A stretch of 64,000 nt of DNA. It comes from Camelus ferus. Lineage: Eukaryota. The notes under the pieces are model-generated. The model did no database searches and was not told the DNA's origin. It saw nothing but the letters and a program-made list of their open reading frames with translations. Position numbers and translations under genes: made by a program. Shown in pieces: positions 42,745-53,968 of this stretch. Location: the NCBI RefSeq assembly GCF_009834535.1, contig NC_045696.1, forward strand, positions 32,862,001 to 32,926,000, given 5' to 3'. The first letter of the stretch is position 1. Each line of letters begins with the position of its first letter.

Positions 42745-42915
42745 GGTTGATGTATGATTGTGTAACGGGAGTGAGTCATTTCTCTGAGCCTTAGTTTCCT
42801 ATTCTGCACAGAAAGTTAACAACAGAACCTACCTTGTATGCGATATGAGACTTCAATCAGCCTATGCATGTAGAGCATTTCCAACAATTATTTACCAAGT
42901 ATTTGATCAATGTTT
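42745..42915 (+). mobile_element. MIR SINE
   Basis: gagtcatttctctgagccttagtttcctattctg core. Confidence 0.55.
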
Positions 42916-43004
42916 AGGATAACTGGAAGATAACTGTGACAAATAAATTTGACTTTATAACACACTAGTGGTCCTGATTATGGGAAAGAAATTACCAAAA
43001 AACA

Positions 43005-43125
43005 TTACTCATTCATTTATTCAACAAATATTTAAATAAAGTCTAGGAGTTATTCTAAGACTGAGGATAAACCAGTGAACAAAATAGAAATAATCTCTTC
43101 TGTAATGAGCTTACTTTCCTAAAAA
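43005..43125 (-). mobile_element. LINE-2 3'-end fragment
   Basis: cattcatttattcaacaaatattt...ctgaggataaaccagtgaacaaaatag. Confidence 0.65.
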
Positions 43126-44172
43126 TATGCTAAGTCCTCAGTAGCACCATTTATGAAAACTAATACTTGAGCTTTAGGTGTTACAGTATGAAAGTTAAAA
43201 TGTACAATGCTATAATGTTACAGTGTTACAATTACAGTGAAACAATGGCTAGAAATGGGTAATAGTACTGTGCCGTGTATATTTTGGGAACTATATAAAT
43301 GTTTGTTAAATGAATCATTTGGGAGTCCTCATAGGAAATAACTTTTCTGGACAAGTAAAATCATAAAACTATCAAGATAACACTTCCCTTTTACTGAAAG
43401 ATCTATATAATTCCATGGGCAATGCAAATTACTGATACTTTAAGTTAAAACCATCTTTGTTTACTGAATATATTATACAACATGAAATGATACAGTAAAC
43501 TAATATTGGATGTTAGTTTATGATAGTTTCTCTTATTTAGCAATTTGGCCATCATACATAATAGGCTCGATATTACTTATATATAACCTGTTGCATTTCT
43601 TCGAGTACAGAGCAAGTGAGTTTTTTAATTGGTAAAATACTTGATTTAAAACTTCCTTTTATTCACCTACCTGCAAAGCCCTTAGTGATAAATAAGTGTT
43701 GTTGAACTACTGATACTAAATACTTTAAGAGCTGGGCTTTCAGTTTGTCTATTAGGTAGTCTAATAGTAGTTTCCTCACAGATCTTTGCTCTTTTCTAAA
43801 GTCTTTGTTAAAGATATAGAAAGTCAATTCCACTGGATCAGTATCTTTACTTTGATTCAAATCCTTAGTCATTTAAATAGAACAGGAGGTGTATTTACTT
43901 CCCAAGTTCATAAAGCTTTAAAAATTTGAACAATTATTTTAAAAAAACAACATTTTACCCGTATCTATCTCTTTATAGTAATTGTATTTTTTTAAGTAAA
44001 TGAGTCCTAGAATTTGTCAGATAAGTAAAAGAAATAATACTTAAGAAGGTATGTTTTCTTTTCATATTTTATTAATTTTAAAGATGGATTCTGGAGAATA
44101 ATATTTTTCCTACAAAAAACGTAGAGGAAAATTTTTTTTGCTTTTTTATTAGTAAGTACTAAAAAATTATTT

Positions 44173-44286
44173 AATTTATTTAATTTTTATTTTTTAATAA
44201 ATGTTACGCATTTTAAAGGTTGCTTTTCCATTTACAGTTGTTACAGAATATTGGCTATACTCCCCAAGTTGTACAATACATCCTTG
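44173..44286 (-). mobile_element. Very short retroposed insertion, probably an L1 3' end of a different subfamily
   Basis: 11-bp direct repeat aaaaattattt at 44162-44172 and 44287-44297. T-rich tail on the left. The body ttttaaaggttgcttttccatttacagttgttacagaatattggctata resembles L1 3' termini. Confidence 0.65.
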
Positions 44287-46289
44287 AAAAATTATTTGTG
44301 AATGAATGACCATGTTCCTATTTTTTATATGCTTCTGCAAAACTTCTTCATTTGCTTTCATTTTGAGAGAAATAGCAAGCAACTCATTCATTGATTCATC
44401 CAACATTTAAGGAACAATTATATCAAGCATTTTACTAGGATTTGACAACATAAAATCAAATAGGTTAAGATCTTGGATTCTAAATGCTCAAAATGTGGTT
44501 AATGAAACAGCCATGTTAAAAAAATTACATTTTATTAAGTGCAGCATTTTATAATAACAGTATATATCCTATATCATGAAATCATTTAAACCTAATCATT
44601 TACTTCTTCCTGTCATTCATGTGTGTATATATTAACAAATTGTATATTATAAATGTTACATATCATGTAATATTGTATTATATACATAAATTTATGATCA
44701 ATAAATAGGGTGTTAGAGTTGAATTATTTGAAAACAGTTTAAAACAAATATGAAAATTATTAGTTTGCAAAAATAAAAATCTGAGTTTAACTTATAGGAT
44801 AAAGCAAATCGAAATTAATTGTGGTAATGCTAATGCATTTTCACTAACCTACCTTTTTTTTACTGTTATTAATTGGTACAATACAATATATTATATGAGT
44901 AATTTTAAAGCAGAATATCATGCACATCCACAAAGTACTGAAGAAAAAGTGTCATTCTGTTTTGTGAAGAACTGGAGCAGGATGAAACGCAACTCATATC
45001 GCACCTAGACTAGAAAATAGAGAGATTATTTCCAAAGCAAGCATGGAATTACTATATAAGTAACCTCTGGTCAGAAAAATATTTCCAATCCTTTTGAAAT
45101 AAAAAACTACAACCAAGAAGAAAATCTACACATAACTTAAATATAGACAGGAGCAAAAGAAAAAAGATAAACCAGAAAACTATTTCTATAATTCTTAATA
45201 GGTAACTTGGCAAAGGCATGCATTGAAAGATTTATATTATGCAATATTTACATTCTGATTCCTATTCATATCTGGGTTAGTGAAAAGATTAATAGCATAA
45301 TAAATGCATAAATGTAAAGGTTATTTTAGAAAACTATTATCCTACCATCTACTCTCCATTGCATCACTTCTGAAAAATTCCCTGCTTATTCTGATATACA
45401 TATCAGAATTATATATATATATATATATGAAATATAGAAAAATATGTTTACATGGGGCTTTCAATTAAAATAAATCTTTTGAAGAAATTCTGAAAATTGA
45501 AGATTCTTTAAATTAATTCAGTTTTTGAGATGACAGTTTTTATTTTGCCTTGTTTTTGGCTCACTGAGATATCTGAGTAAGAATAGGAGTTCCCCACTAA
45601 TTTAAAGGTGTTATTTCTAGAATGTTATGGCCAATTCACTAACAGTGCTTGATTAACTTCCTTATGGATATAATAATGTGACTAACGAAAATATCATAGG
45701 AGTAGTAATGATAGAGATCTTTATCATTAAGTTAAAAACCTGTTAAAGCCCAAAGTATTTCCTGTTATTAAAAAAAATTCTTTGAGAAAGAGTCACACTT
45801 GGGATCATAATCACATATCTGTAGTATGTGATACAGAAAAAATGGAATTTTGTGTATATTGCTAACATGGCATGTTTAAAGAGTAATGCTGACCTTTCAT
45901 GAAACTGTAAACTAGAATTTTGGCTAATTATTTAAATAAATCTCTTCACAATTGAATGCTTCCCCTTTCAGAAACATGTAAGGAGAGAAAAGTAGTTTAT
46001 TTATCTAGTATATGAATTAAAAAAAAAAAACTGCCATTTATATAATCATGGAAGGTTGTTTTCTAATGTTATCTCATGCAGAAAATTTATACCAGAAAGA
46101 GAGTCATCAATGGCCATTAACTTAAACTAAATATGTGCTAAAAGTAAAGACTAATCAAAGATTTGTGACATGAATATTTAAGATTAATTTTCCATACACA
46201 TGCAGGCCCCAACAAAATTTCAAGTAAGCATTTTTGAATATTTTAAAATTAGTGTATAGAATGATAAATTAAAAATTTAGTGCAATTAT

Positions 46290-47350
46290 TTATTTAATAA
46301 TTTATTCATTAAGTACAGATTTTATATAAAGCACTATGTGAGACACTGAGGATACAACAATGACTTTTTAAAAATTATACAAGAATGAAAAAGAGAACAT
46401 ATGGCAGAGGTATCTGACCAAATGTGAGGGTAGTGAATGATTGTCCTCAGCACATCATAAGAGTTAAGATTTAAAAGTTAAAAAAGAGAAGGACCCCCCC
46501 CCAAAAAAATGGAGCAGTTCAGGTAATTTGTACAAATGCAAGATGAAAAATATTCATTAAAGTACCTGAAAGAAAGTATAATTATCTGGAATTCAGTGAA
46601 GGAACTGAGTATTAGAAAGCAGGAGAGTAAATATGTGAGGTGATCACAGAGAACTTAAAGACTGTGCTGATGATTTTGCTTTTAATCCTAAGAGCAATGA
46701 TTTACCATATAAAGTTTTAACTAGAATATTGGTGTCATCAGATTTATGTTTGAGAAGACGGTTTTGTTTCATTCTAGAAGAAAGATGTAGAGATGTAAAA
46801 AGTTGACACGTGGGAGGCCATTTGCTATTGTGGTAAACTAGATAAAAGAAGTGGTTGTGGAGTTGTGATAAATGAGTAGATTTCACAGTTGTTTAGAAGA
46901 TAGGTCAACCAGACTTGGCAATTTTGATTGGTTATAGGAAAGAGAAGAGAACAGGAGGTATCTGGTGTAAGTAACTGGACGAAGGCTGGTGGTGTCTGTA
47001 GAACTGAAATTGCTGGAAAAACAACATGTTAGGAAAGGGCTGGAGACTTTGAGTTTATTTTGGATGTATGAATGTGCCATGTCTTTTCAACATCCAAGTG
47101 GGCATGTCAGATAGGTGCTGCATATACGTAAGTGTAGCTTCTGGTAAAGAACTGCTCTAATATATAAATGTGGAAGTCATTAATGAGTAGATAGAAACTG
47201 AAGAGATGGGAGTGGCTGAAAGGACCTAGAGAGAATTATGTGAGAACAGATTGTTGATAATCTCAATATTTAAAGGTTAAGTACAAGAAGATAGCCCAAG
47301 AGAATATGAGAAAGAGTAGCCAGAAATGTAGGAGTTAAATCAGATATACG
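46290..47350 (-). mobile_element. LINE-2 3' fragment
   Basis: tttattcatt...agcactatgtgagacactgaggatacaacaatga, then purine-rich L2 motifs (ggaggccatttgctattgtggt, gagtttattttggatgtatga, catccaagtgggcatgtcag). Confidence 0.68.
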
Positions 47351-47689
47351 TGTGTCTGTGGAGGGGGTGGGGAGTGAAGGGGGATGAATATTAAAAAATG
47401 TGTGTGTAAGATAATTCTTAGAAATAGAGACTAATCAACATTGTGAGTAATTTTGAAACAAAAACCATAAAAGAGTATTGTATTCTATGACTTGATTTTG
47501 GTAACTGAGGTTATTTGGTGATCTTCCTGAAAGTTCCATAGAAATGCATGCTAAACTTGTTATCTGCTTTGGCATTTGCTTATAATTCAGATCCTTTATT
47601 TTGGATCTAATGGGAATGCTGAACCATGCTTCTGGGACCATTTGTTATACAAATTCTCTAATACACTACTTAAACTAAGCAGGCCGAAC

Positions 47690-48400
47690 TAAGAGAAATG
47701 AGACTATATCCTGTCTTCCTCTCTTCTAACACCTGCCTGCTCCTGTGTATTTTAACTCACTGAGGCAGATGCTGGGGTGACTGGCCCTTTTGGCACACAC
47801 CATTCCTGTGCACTGAGTAGACGGGGGCCCAGGGAAGTAACACCCGCACCCCCACCCTCAGCAATCCTCAACCAAACACAGATGAGCACTGGTCAATATT
47901 CCCTCAATACTCCTCTCCCTCACCCATCAATTAAGAGAACCCTGAGGCGTTCCCTACATTGTCTTCAGAGTTTCACAGCAGGACTGACTCCCAGTTGCCC
48001 CTGGTGTAATCTGCTCAATAATACACTCTTTTTTTTTAAAATTTTTTTAATTGAAGTATATTCAGTTTACAATGATTTGTCAATTTCTGTGTACAGCATA
48101 ATGTTTCAGTCATACATGTACATACATATATTCGTTTTCATATTCTTTTTCATTATAGGTGACTACATGATATTGAACAGAAAAAAAGTGCTGTTTATCT
48201 ATTTTATATATAGTAGTCAGTATCTGCAAATCTCAAACTTCCAATTTATCCCTTTCCACCCTCTTCCCCCTTGGTGACCATGTTTATTTACTATGTCTGT
48301 GAGTCTGTTTCTGAGTCTCTTATCAATAATACACTCTTTATTTACTTCCTTCCCTTCCTATCTCACTTCCCAGTGCTCCCTGAGGTCACCCCCTGTAAAA
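47690..48400 (+). mobile_element. ERVL LTR16-like solo LTR interrupted by the young L1 3'UTR insertion
   Basis: cagagtttcacagcaggactgactcccagttgccc...ctgctcaataatacactcttt|atttacttccttcccttcctatctcacttccc is continuous once the insertion is removed. Confidence 0.6.
48032..48322 (-). mobile_element. Short 5'-truncated L1 3'UTR insertion
   Basis: Perfect 17-bp TSD tcaataatacactcttt at 48015-48031 and 48323-48339. Poly-T tail. Body homologous to the L1 3'UTRs at 21755-22045 and 52275-52540. Confidence 0.9.
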
Positions 48401-48435
48401 GAAATTTCTCAGGGATTGTTTGTAAGGGTTCGACA

Positions 48436-48889
48436 TTTGTCAGGGTTCTACAGAGAAACCGGATCAACAGGATTTTTACAAAGGTGCAAATTCCAAGATC
48501 TGCAAATTGAGTCAGCAAGCTAGGGACCCAGAAGAGCTGACTTAGTTCCAGTCTGAGTCCAAAGGCCAGAGAAACCAGAAGAGATGGGCCTGTAGTTCCA
48601 TCCTGAAAGCCAGTAGTCTCAAAACCCAGTCTGAGTCTGACATATCAGCTCAAATGCCATCGGACAGGAGGAATTTGTGGGAAGGTCTGCCTTTTTGTTC
48701 TATTCTGGGCTTCAGTTTATCAGATAAGCCCCACCTATCTTAGGAGAGAAATCTGCTGCTCAGTCTACTGATTTAAATGTTAATCTTGTCCCAACACACT
48801 CTCACTAAAATATCCAGAATAATGAATGAATGGCCAAAGATCTGGGCACCCCATGGTGTAGCCAAGTGACATGTAAAATTACACATCAA
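48436..48889 (-). mobile_element. ERVL MLT2-like solo LTR
   Basis: gtcagggttctacagagaaaccgg...gttccagtctgagtccaaaggcc...gatttaaatgttaatct...ccaagtgacatgtaaaattacacatca. Confidence 0.78.
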
Positions 48890-49011
48890 ATTATCCCAAA
48901 ATCACACTATTTTGATCTTTCTTCTCCCACCATTTTCTCTGGAATTGAAGCTTTATTTTGTATGTCAAGATGAAATTAAAAGTTGCTATTTGTATATGTG
49001 GTCAGAGTTTA

Positions 49012-49141
49012 AAAGATGATAGTCCTCATTTTCCCAGGATCATTCTGATTCATTCTTGTTACCCTGTATATTAAATTACTATTCCCTCTTCACTTTTAAA
49101 AATGTTCTGCTTGGAAGACAAAATTTTATGATCATCATACT
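49012..49141. mobile_element. MER94-like hAT-Blackjack element
   Basis: About 130 bp, with cccaggatca...ccctcttcacttttaaaaatgttctgcttggaagacaaaattttatgatcatc resembling a CpG-decayed MER94. Confidence 0.55.
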
Positions 49142-50524
49142 AATAGATTCTGTAAATGTGATGATGATAATAGAAAAATTAGTGAAGTATATTTCAATCT
49201 TTTATTAAATGATCTTTTTCTACTGGTTAAAAATTATGATGAATATGTGTCATATTTCTTCAAATTAATTTTTTTCCTGGGTTTTATATTTCAGACTAGT
49301 TATTTTCCGTGATGTACATGAAATACCTATTTGTAAACCAAATATTATTGTTGATTATTTTTTTTTTAAGGATTGAGAAAGAATTTCTTTTTTTAAAGGA
49401 TTGAGAAAGAATACATTTGGAAAGTATAAGTAATTTGTAAGTATAATGTAAGGTCTTCACAAGATCGGAGTTTATTGTTCTATAGATGACAAATCTGAGT
49501 AATATTTTTCTGAAATAAGATAACTAACCTGAAAATGACACAGTTGGTGGATATTTATTTAATTAGTTTCTAAGTCAGAAAGTGAGTATAACCTCAGGGT
49601 AGTTTAGTTCTTCTGTCACGACAGAGGGGAGAGTGAGAATAATCGTGACTGTCTGGAGCATTCAGAGCCTGGTTTGCTTATGGTTGAGAATATGAAGATC
49701 AGCGGAGATACTTTCCTATTGACTATGGAGCATGCACTAGCAAAGTCTCATAAAGGAAAGAGCGTATCTTTTCTTTTATTTTTCATTTTTCTATGAAATA
49801 TGTATCTCCTGTTGATTAAAGAATATTACATGGCATAAAAGTTAGGAATATAAATGTCAAAGTGTTTTTGCATCCTCTTCCACCAAGGATGACTTTATTG
49901 TTAAATAAAAATAACTTTATAACAATTATGTTGTAGCATATGGAACAAAATATTAACTTTTCATAATACACTAAATAGCTATTTCAGATGATTTGCTAAC
50001 TGTACTTTAGGGCAAACAGCATGTGCTAAGTGCTGCATTACTGCATTTTCAGAAAGATTCTGCATAATGCTTGTGAGGCATTAGTTGATCTTGAGTTCTT
50101 TGTTGGTTCCTTATTGTGAGTCCCTTGTATTCTTGCAACAATGAAAGTGTTGTTATTCAAATGCACATAAATGCATTCAGTCTATAATAATAGTATTCAT
50201 AGCCATCTATAAATAGTTGAAGAAACAATTGTATGAAATGGTTGATATTTATCTGAACCACTTTTTGCAATTTCACTTTTAAATTCAGATTTCAGAAGTA
50301 ATACATCAGTGGCACTCGTAAAATATTCAGATACTGTTGTTAGTTTTTCCTGGACAGGATAGTAGGTTCTTAAAATTGCATACCCTGTTTTTCACCCAAT
50401 CTAAGATATCCCTTCTAAATATACACAATTAGGCTGAACATACACCAGGATGTACAATTATTAAATATGTAGTTTTATATGTGTTTAATGACTTTACTTA
50501 ATATTTCTTTTTATTTTTTTCTAG

Positions 50525-50615
50525 ATACACCATCAGTAAAGATTATACCATCTACTCCTTTTCCACAAGAAGGACAACCTTTAATTTTGACTTGTGAATC
50601 CAAAGGAAAACCACT
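50525..50615 (+). CDS. CADM2: CADM2 internal coding exon (91 bp, phase 1-2), N-terminal part of Ig domain 3
   Basis: Long T tract then ctag| acceptor; donor CT|gtaagt. Translates (Y)TPSVKIIPSTPFPQEGQPLILTCESKGKP(L). In frame with the previous exon. I found no following exon before 64000. Confidence 0.96.
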
Positions 50616-51415
50616 GTAAGTAATTTAATGAGCAATAAAGTTTTTCACTGTTTCTTCTATCCTGCTTTGACTGCAGACTTTAACTGCAGAAATCCAGTGT
50701 TTCTGTCTTTTCTTGGTGGGCAAAGTGATCTCAGAACAGAAAACCCCCTGAACCATGTCTTCATTAAGTGTCTGTTGAAGATTGGTCTTTTACTTTGACA
50801 TCTAGTGAAGTTTCTGGGAAGGTTTCCAGCTGTGATTTTTGTTTTCTTTTTTTTTTCCCCACTAAGATGTTTCAACCTGAAAGGAGCATGGGCTTAATCA
50901 GTCACTGTTTACATCATCAGATTGATAGAAGTTACACTTTGCTGAACCTAGTTCTCTCATGAAAAACTTTGAACATATTGAATACTCAAAATATGCCCAA
51001 GTTTTAAAGTTGCATGGGAAATCATTTTCATAAGGGAAAGCAAATCTACATTTCTTATGTAGCCCCATGAGACATAATTTGGGAATGTGATATGGTTGGA
51101 AGTAATGTGAATGAAAAGGGTCAGAAGCTCAACATTTTTAATTATAAAGTGATTTCATTGTTATATCACTTCAACTCTAAAATTTCACTTTTTGACCATG
51201 TTCATGAACAGCTAACTAGTAGAAAATCTGTATTTAATACAAAATTCAAGTATAGAAAAAATAAGCATTATTTAAAGACTGAAAGTGATTTGATCCTTCT
51301 GTAGTAACACTCTACTTGGAAATGAAAGTCATTTATTTGATCTTTTTGGAAGCTTCCAATTGATTTGCATTTCCATTTAAATTTTAATAGGAGGAATTGA
51401 ATTGTTCTTTATACA

Positions 51416-52019
51416 TGTTGGGGGAGAATAGGTTCTTGCCTCGTGCAGGAAAAAGTCAAGAGCAAGGCATGGTAAAGTGAAAGCAAGTTTATTTAGAGAG
51501 ATACACACCCCGTGGACAAAGTGCAGTCTGTCTCTCTCAGAAGGGAAAATGGCTTAGGAGATAACACTCCTTAGGCAGAGTTTGGGCCATCTTGGAAAGG
51601 TGAGAGGGAGAGAAGCTGAGAGGTGTGGGGTGTTTAGTTTAAAGTAAAAGTAGATGCACACAGCATAGAGTGCAGGCTGTCTCAGAAGGCAAGAGAGAGA
51701 GCGACAGCAAGAGTGACCACGTGGTGCAGAACTGTTAGGTTTTATGGGCTGGGCAATTTCATATGCTAAGGAGTAGGAGGATTATTCCACCTACTTTGGG
51801 GAAGGGGCGAGGATTTCCAGGAAATGCACCCCTGTGCCCACATTTTGACCTTTTATGGTCAGCCCAGGAACTGTCATGGTGCCTATGGGTGTGCCATGAG
51901 TCTCCAGGTCTACTGGAAGTCTAATCTTCCACCATCTTGGTTCTGATCAGTTTGTCCTGTCCTCAATGGCTGTGTCGTTCCTTCAATGGTTGTGTCCTGC
52001 CCCCTTTCCTCCTGCTTCA
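51416..52019 (-). mobile_element. Solo LTR, ERV1-like (604 bp)
   Basis: TG...CA termini. tttatt at ~51488 (AATAAA on - strand). GC-richer than its flanks, with degenerate internal repeats. The 4-bp flanks taca/tatg are consistent with a decayed TACG TSD. Confidence 0.8.
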
Positions 52020-52557
52020 TATGTAAATGTATGTGATAGCTTTTCTGCCAATCAAATTTAATAACTAAAAATTTATTTCTCATAACATTTGTTATTTAAG
52101 TATAGATTTTATATTATCACATGAGGAATTTATCTAAAATAATTTTAAGACAGAAGCCTGAAATTTCAACTTCCTCAGTTGTATTGTATTATACTATTTA
52201 ACGCACTAAGTGAACTCACAATTTCTTTATCACCAGTATTGATATTTTGTTTTTTTTTTAACTTTTTAACTTTTTTTATTGAGTAATAGTCATTTTACAA
52301 TGTTATGTCAAATTCTAGTGTAGAGCACAATTTCTCAGTTATACATGAACATACGTATATTCATTGTCATATTTTTTTTCTGCTATGAGCTACCACAAGA
52401 TCTTGTTTATATTTCCTTGTGCTATACAATATAATCTTGTTTATCTATTCTGCATTTTAAAATCCCAGTCTGTCCCTTCTCACCCCCCGCTTCCTTGGCA
52501 ACCACAAGTTTGTCTTCTATGTCTATGAGTCTGTTTCTGTTTTGTTTTGTTTTGTTT

Positions 52558-52928
52558 TTAGATTCCTCATATGAGCGATCACATATAGTATTTTTCTTTC
52601 TCTTTCTGGCTTACTTCACTTAGAATGACATTCTACAGGAACATCCATGTTCCTGCAAATGGCGTTAAGTTGTCGGTTTTTATGGCTGAATAGTATTCCA
52701 TTGTATAAATATACCACCTCTTCTTTGCTCAGTCATCTGTTGATGGACATTTAAGCTGTTTCCATGTCTTGGCTATTGTAAATAGTGCTGCTATGAACAT
52801 TGGGGTGCAGGTGTCATTTTGAAGTAGGGTTCCTTCTGGATATATCCCCAGGAGTGGGATTCCTGGGTCATATGGTAAGTCTATTCCTAGTCTTTTGAGG
52901 AATCTCCATACTGTTTTCCACAATGGCT
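52558..52928 (-). pseudogene. L1 ORF2p extreme C-terminal remnant
   Basis: [30 protein letters not shown]...[19 protein letters not shown]. Premature TGA at 52729. Aligns with the ORF2 remnant at 22070-22537. Confidence 0.92.
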
Positions 52929-53068
52929 TTCCTTGCTTCCTCTCCCACTCTTAATGATTTAAATGTATTCTTTTACAATTTTGTGTTTATTCTTTTTGTA
53001 ATTCATGGTAGTTATCACCTTTCCAGTTATGAGTTTCTCATTTTTGTAGCATCTTGCTTCTTTTCTAT

Positions 53069-53968
53069 TTAGAGTAGACCTGTCAATATTTCTTTTAGCA
53101 TGGGTTTAGTGTTGCTAAACTGTTTCAGTTTTTGCTTGTCTGTGAAGTTCTTTATCTCTCCTTCTATTCTAAAGGATAGCCTTGCTGGGTAGAGTATCCT
53201 AGGCTGCATCTTTTTTTCATTCAGGACTTTGAATATATCTTGCCACTCCCTTCTGGCCTGTAGTGTTTGTGTAGAGAAATCAGCTGAGAGCCTTATGGGG
53301 GTTCCCTTGTAACTCACTCTTTGCTTTTCTCTTGCTGCCTTTAGAATCATTTCTTTATCCCTGACTCTGGCCATCTTGATTATGATATGTCTTGGTGTGA
53401 GTCTGTTTGGGTCCTTCCTGTTTGGGACCCTCTGAGCCTCCTGTTCTTGGATATTTGATTCCTTTAGGTTTGGAACGTTTTCAGTCATGATATCTTCAAA
53501 TACCTCTTCAATCCCCTTTGTTCTTTCTTCCCCTTCTGGAACCCCTATTATGCGTAGATTGGCACGCTTTATATTATCCCATAGGTCCCTTATATTGTTT
53601 TCATTGTTTTTTATTTGTTTTTCTCTCAGCTGTTCTGATTGGGTGCTTTCTGTTGTCCTGTCTTCTAGGTCACTTATTCGTTCCTGTGCATTATCTAGCC
53701 TGCTTTGTACAGCCTTTAGGTCAGCTCTCATCTCAGCAAATGAGTTTATTAATCCTACTTGGTTCTTCTTTATAGCTTCTATTTAATTTTTGACATATTT
53801 TATATCTCTAAACACTATTTCTTTTAGTTCCTTCAGTACTTTGATCACTCCTTTTTTGAAATCTTGATCTAGTAGGCCATCGATGTCTATTTCCTTGATC
53901 GTGCTTTCAGGGGATTTCTCTTGATCTTTAAATTGGGAGTGGTTCCTCTGCTTCTTCATATTGCTCAT
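53069..53968 (-). pseudogene. L1 ORF1p (299 codons) interrupted by a single in-frame stop
   Basis: ORFs 53783..53968 and 53069..53731 share a frame and are separated by one TAA (53783-53785). A coiled-coil-like region is followed by typical ORF1p motifs (NLRIIGVPEGEE, PRHIIIK, YKGTPIRLSADFS, ARREW, YPARLSF). Confidence 0.93.

Noticed and set aside
45388..45409. Perfect 10-bp inverted repeat attctgatat-ac-atatcagaat
   Set aside because: Too short for a pre-miRNA, AT-rich and next to an (AT)n run; plausible by chance.
47777..48523. ORFs of 166, 79 and 76 aa
   Set aside because: They read through an LTR and an antisense L1 3'UTR fragment; chance frames.
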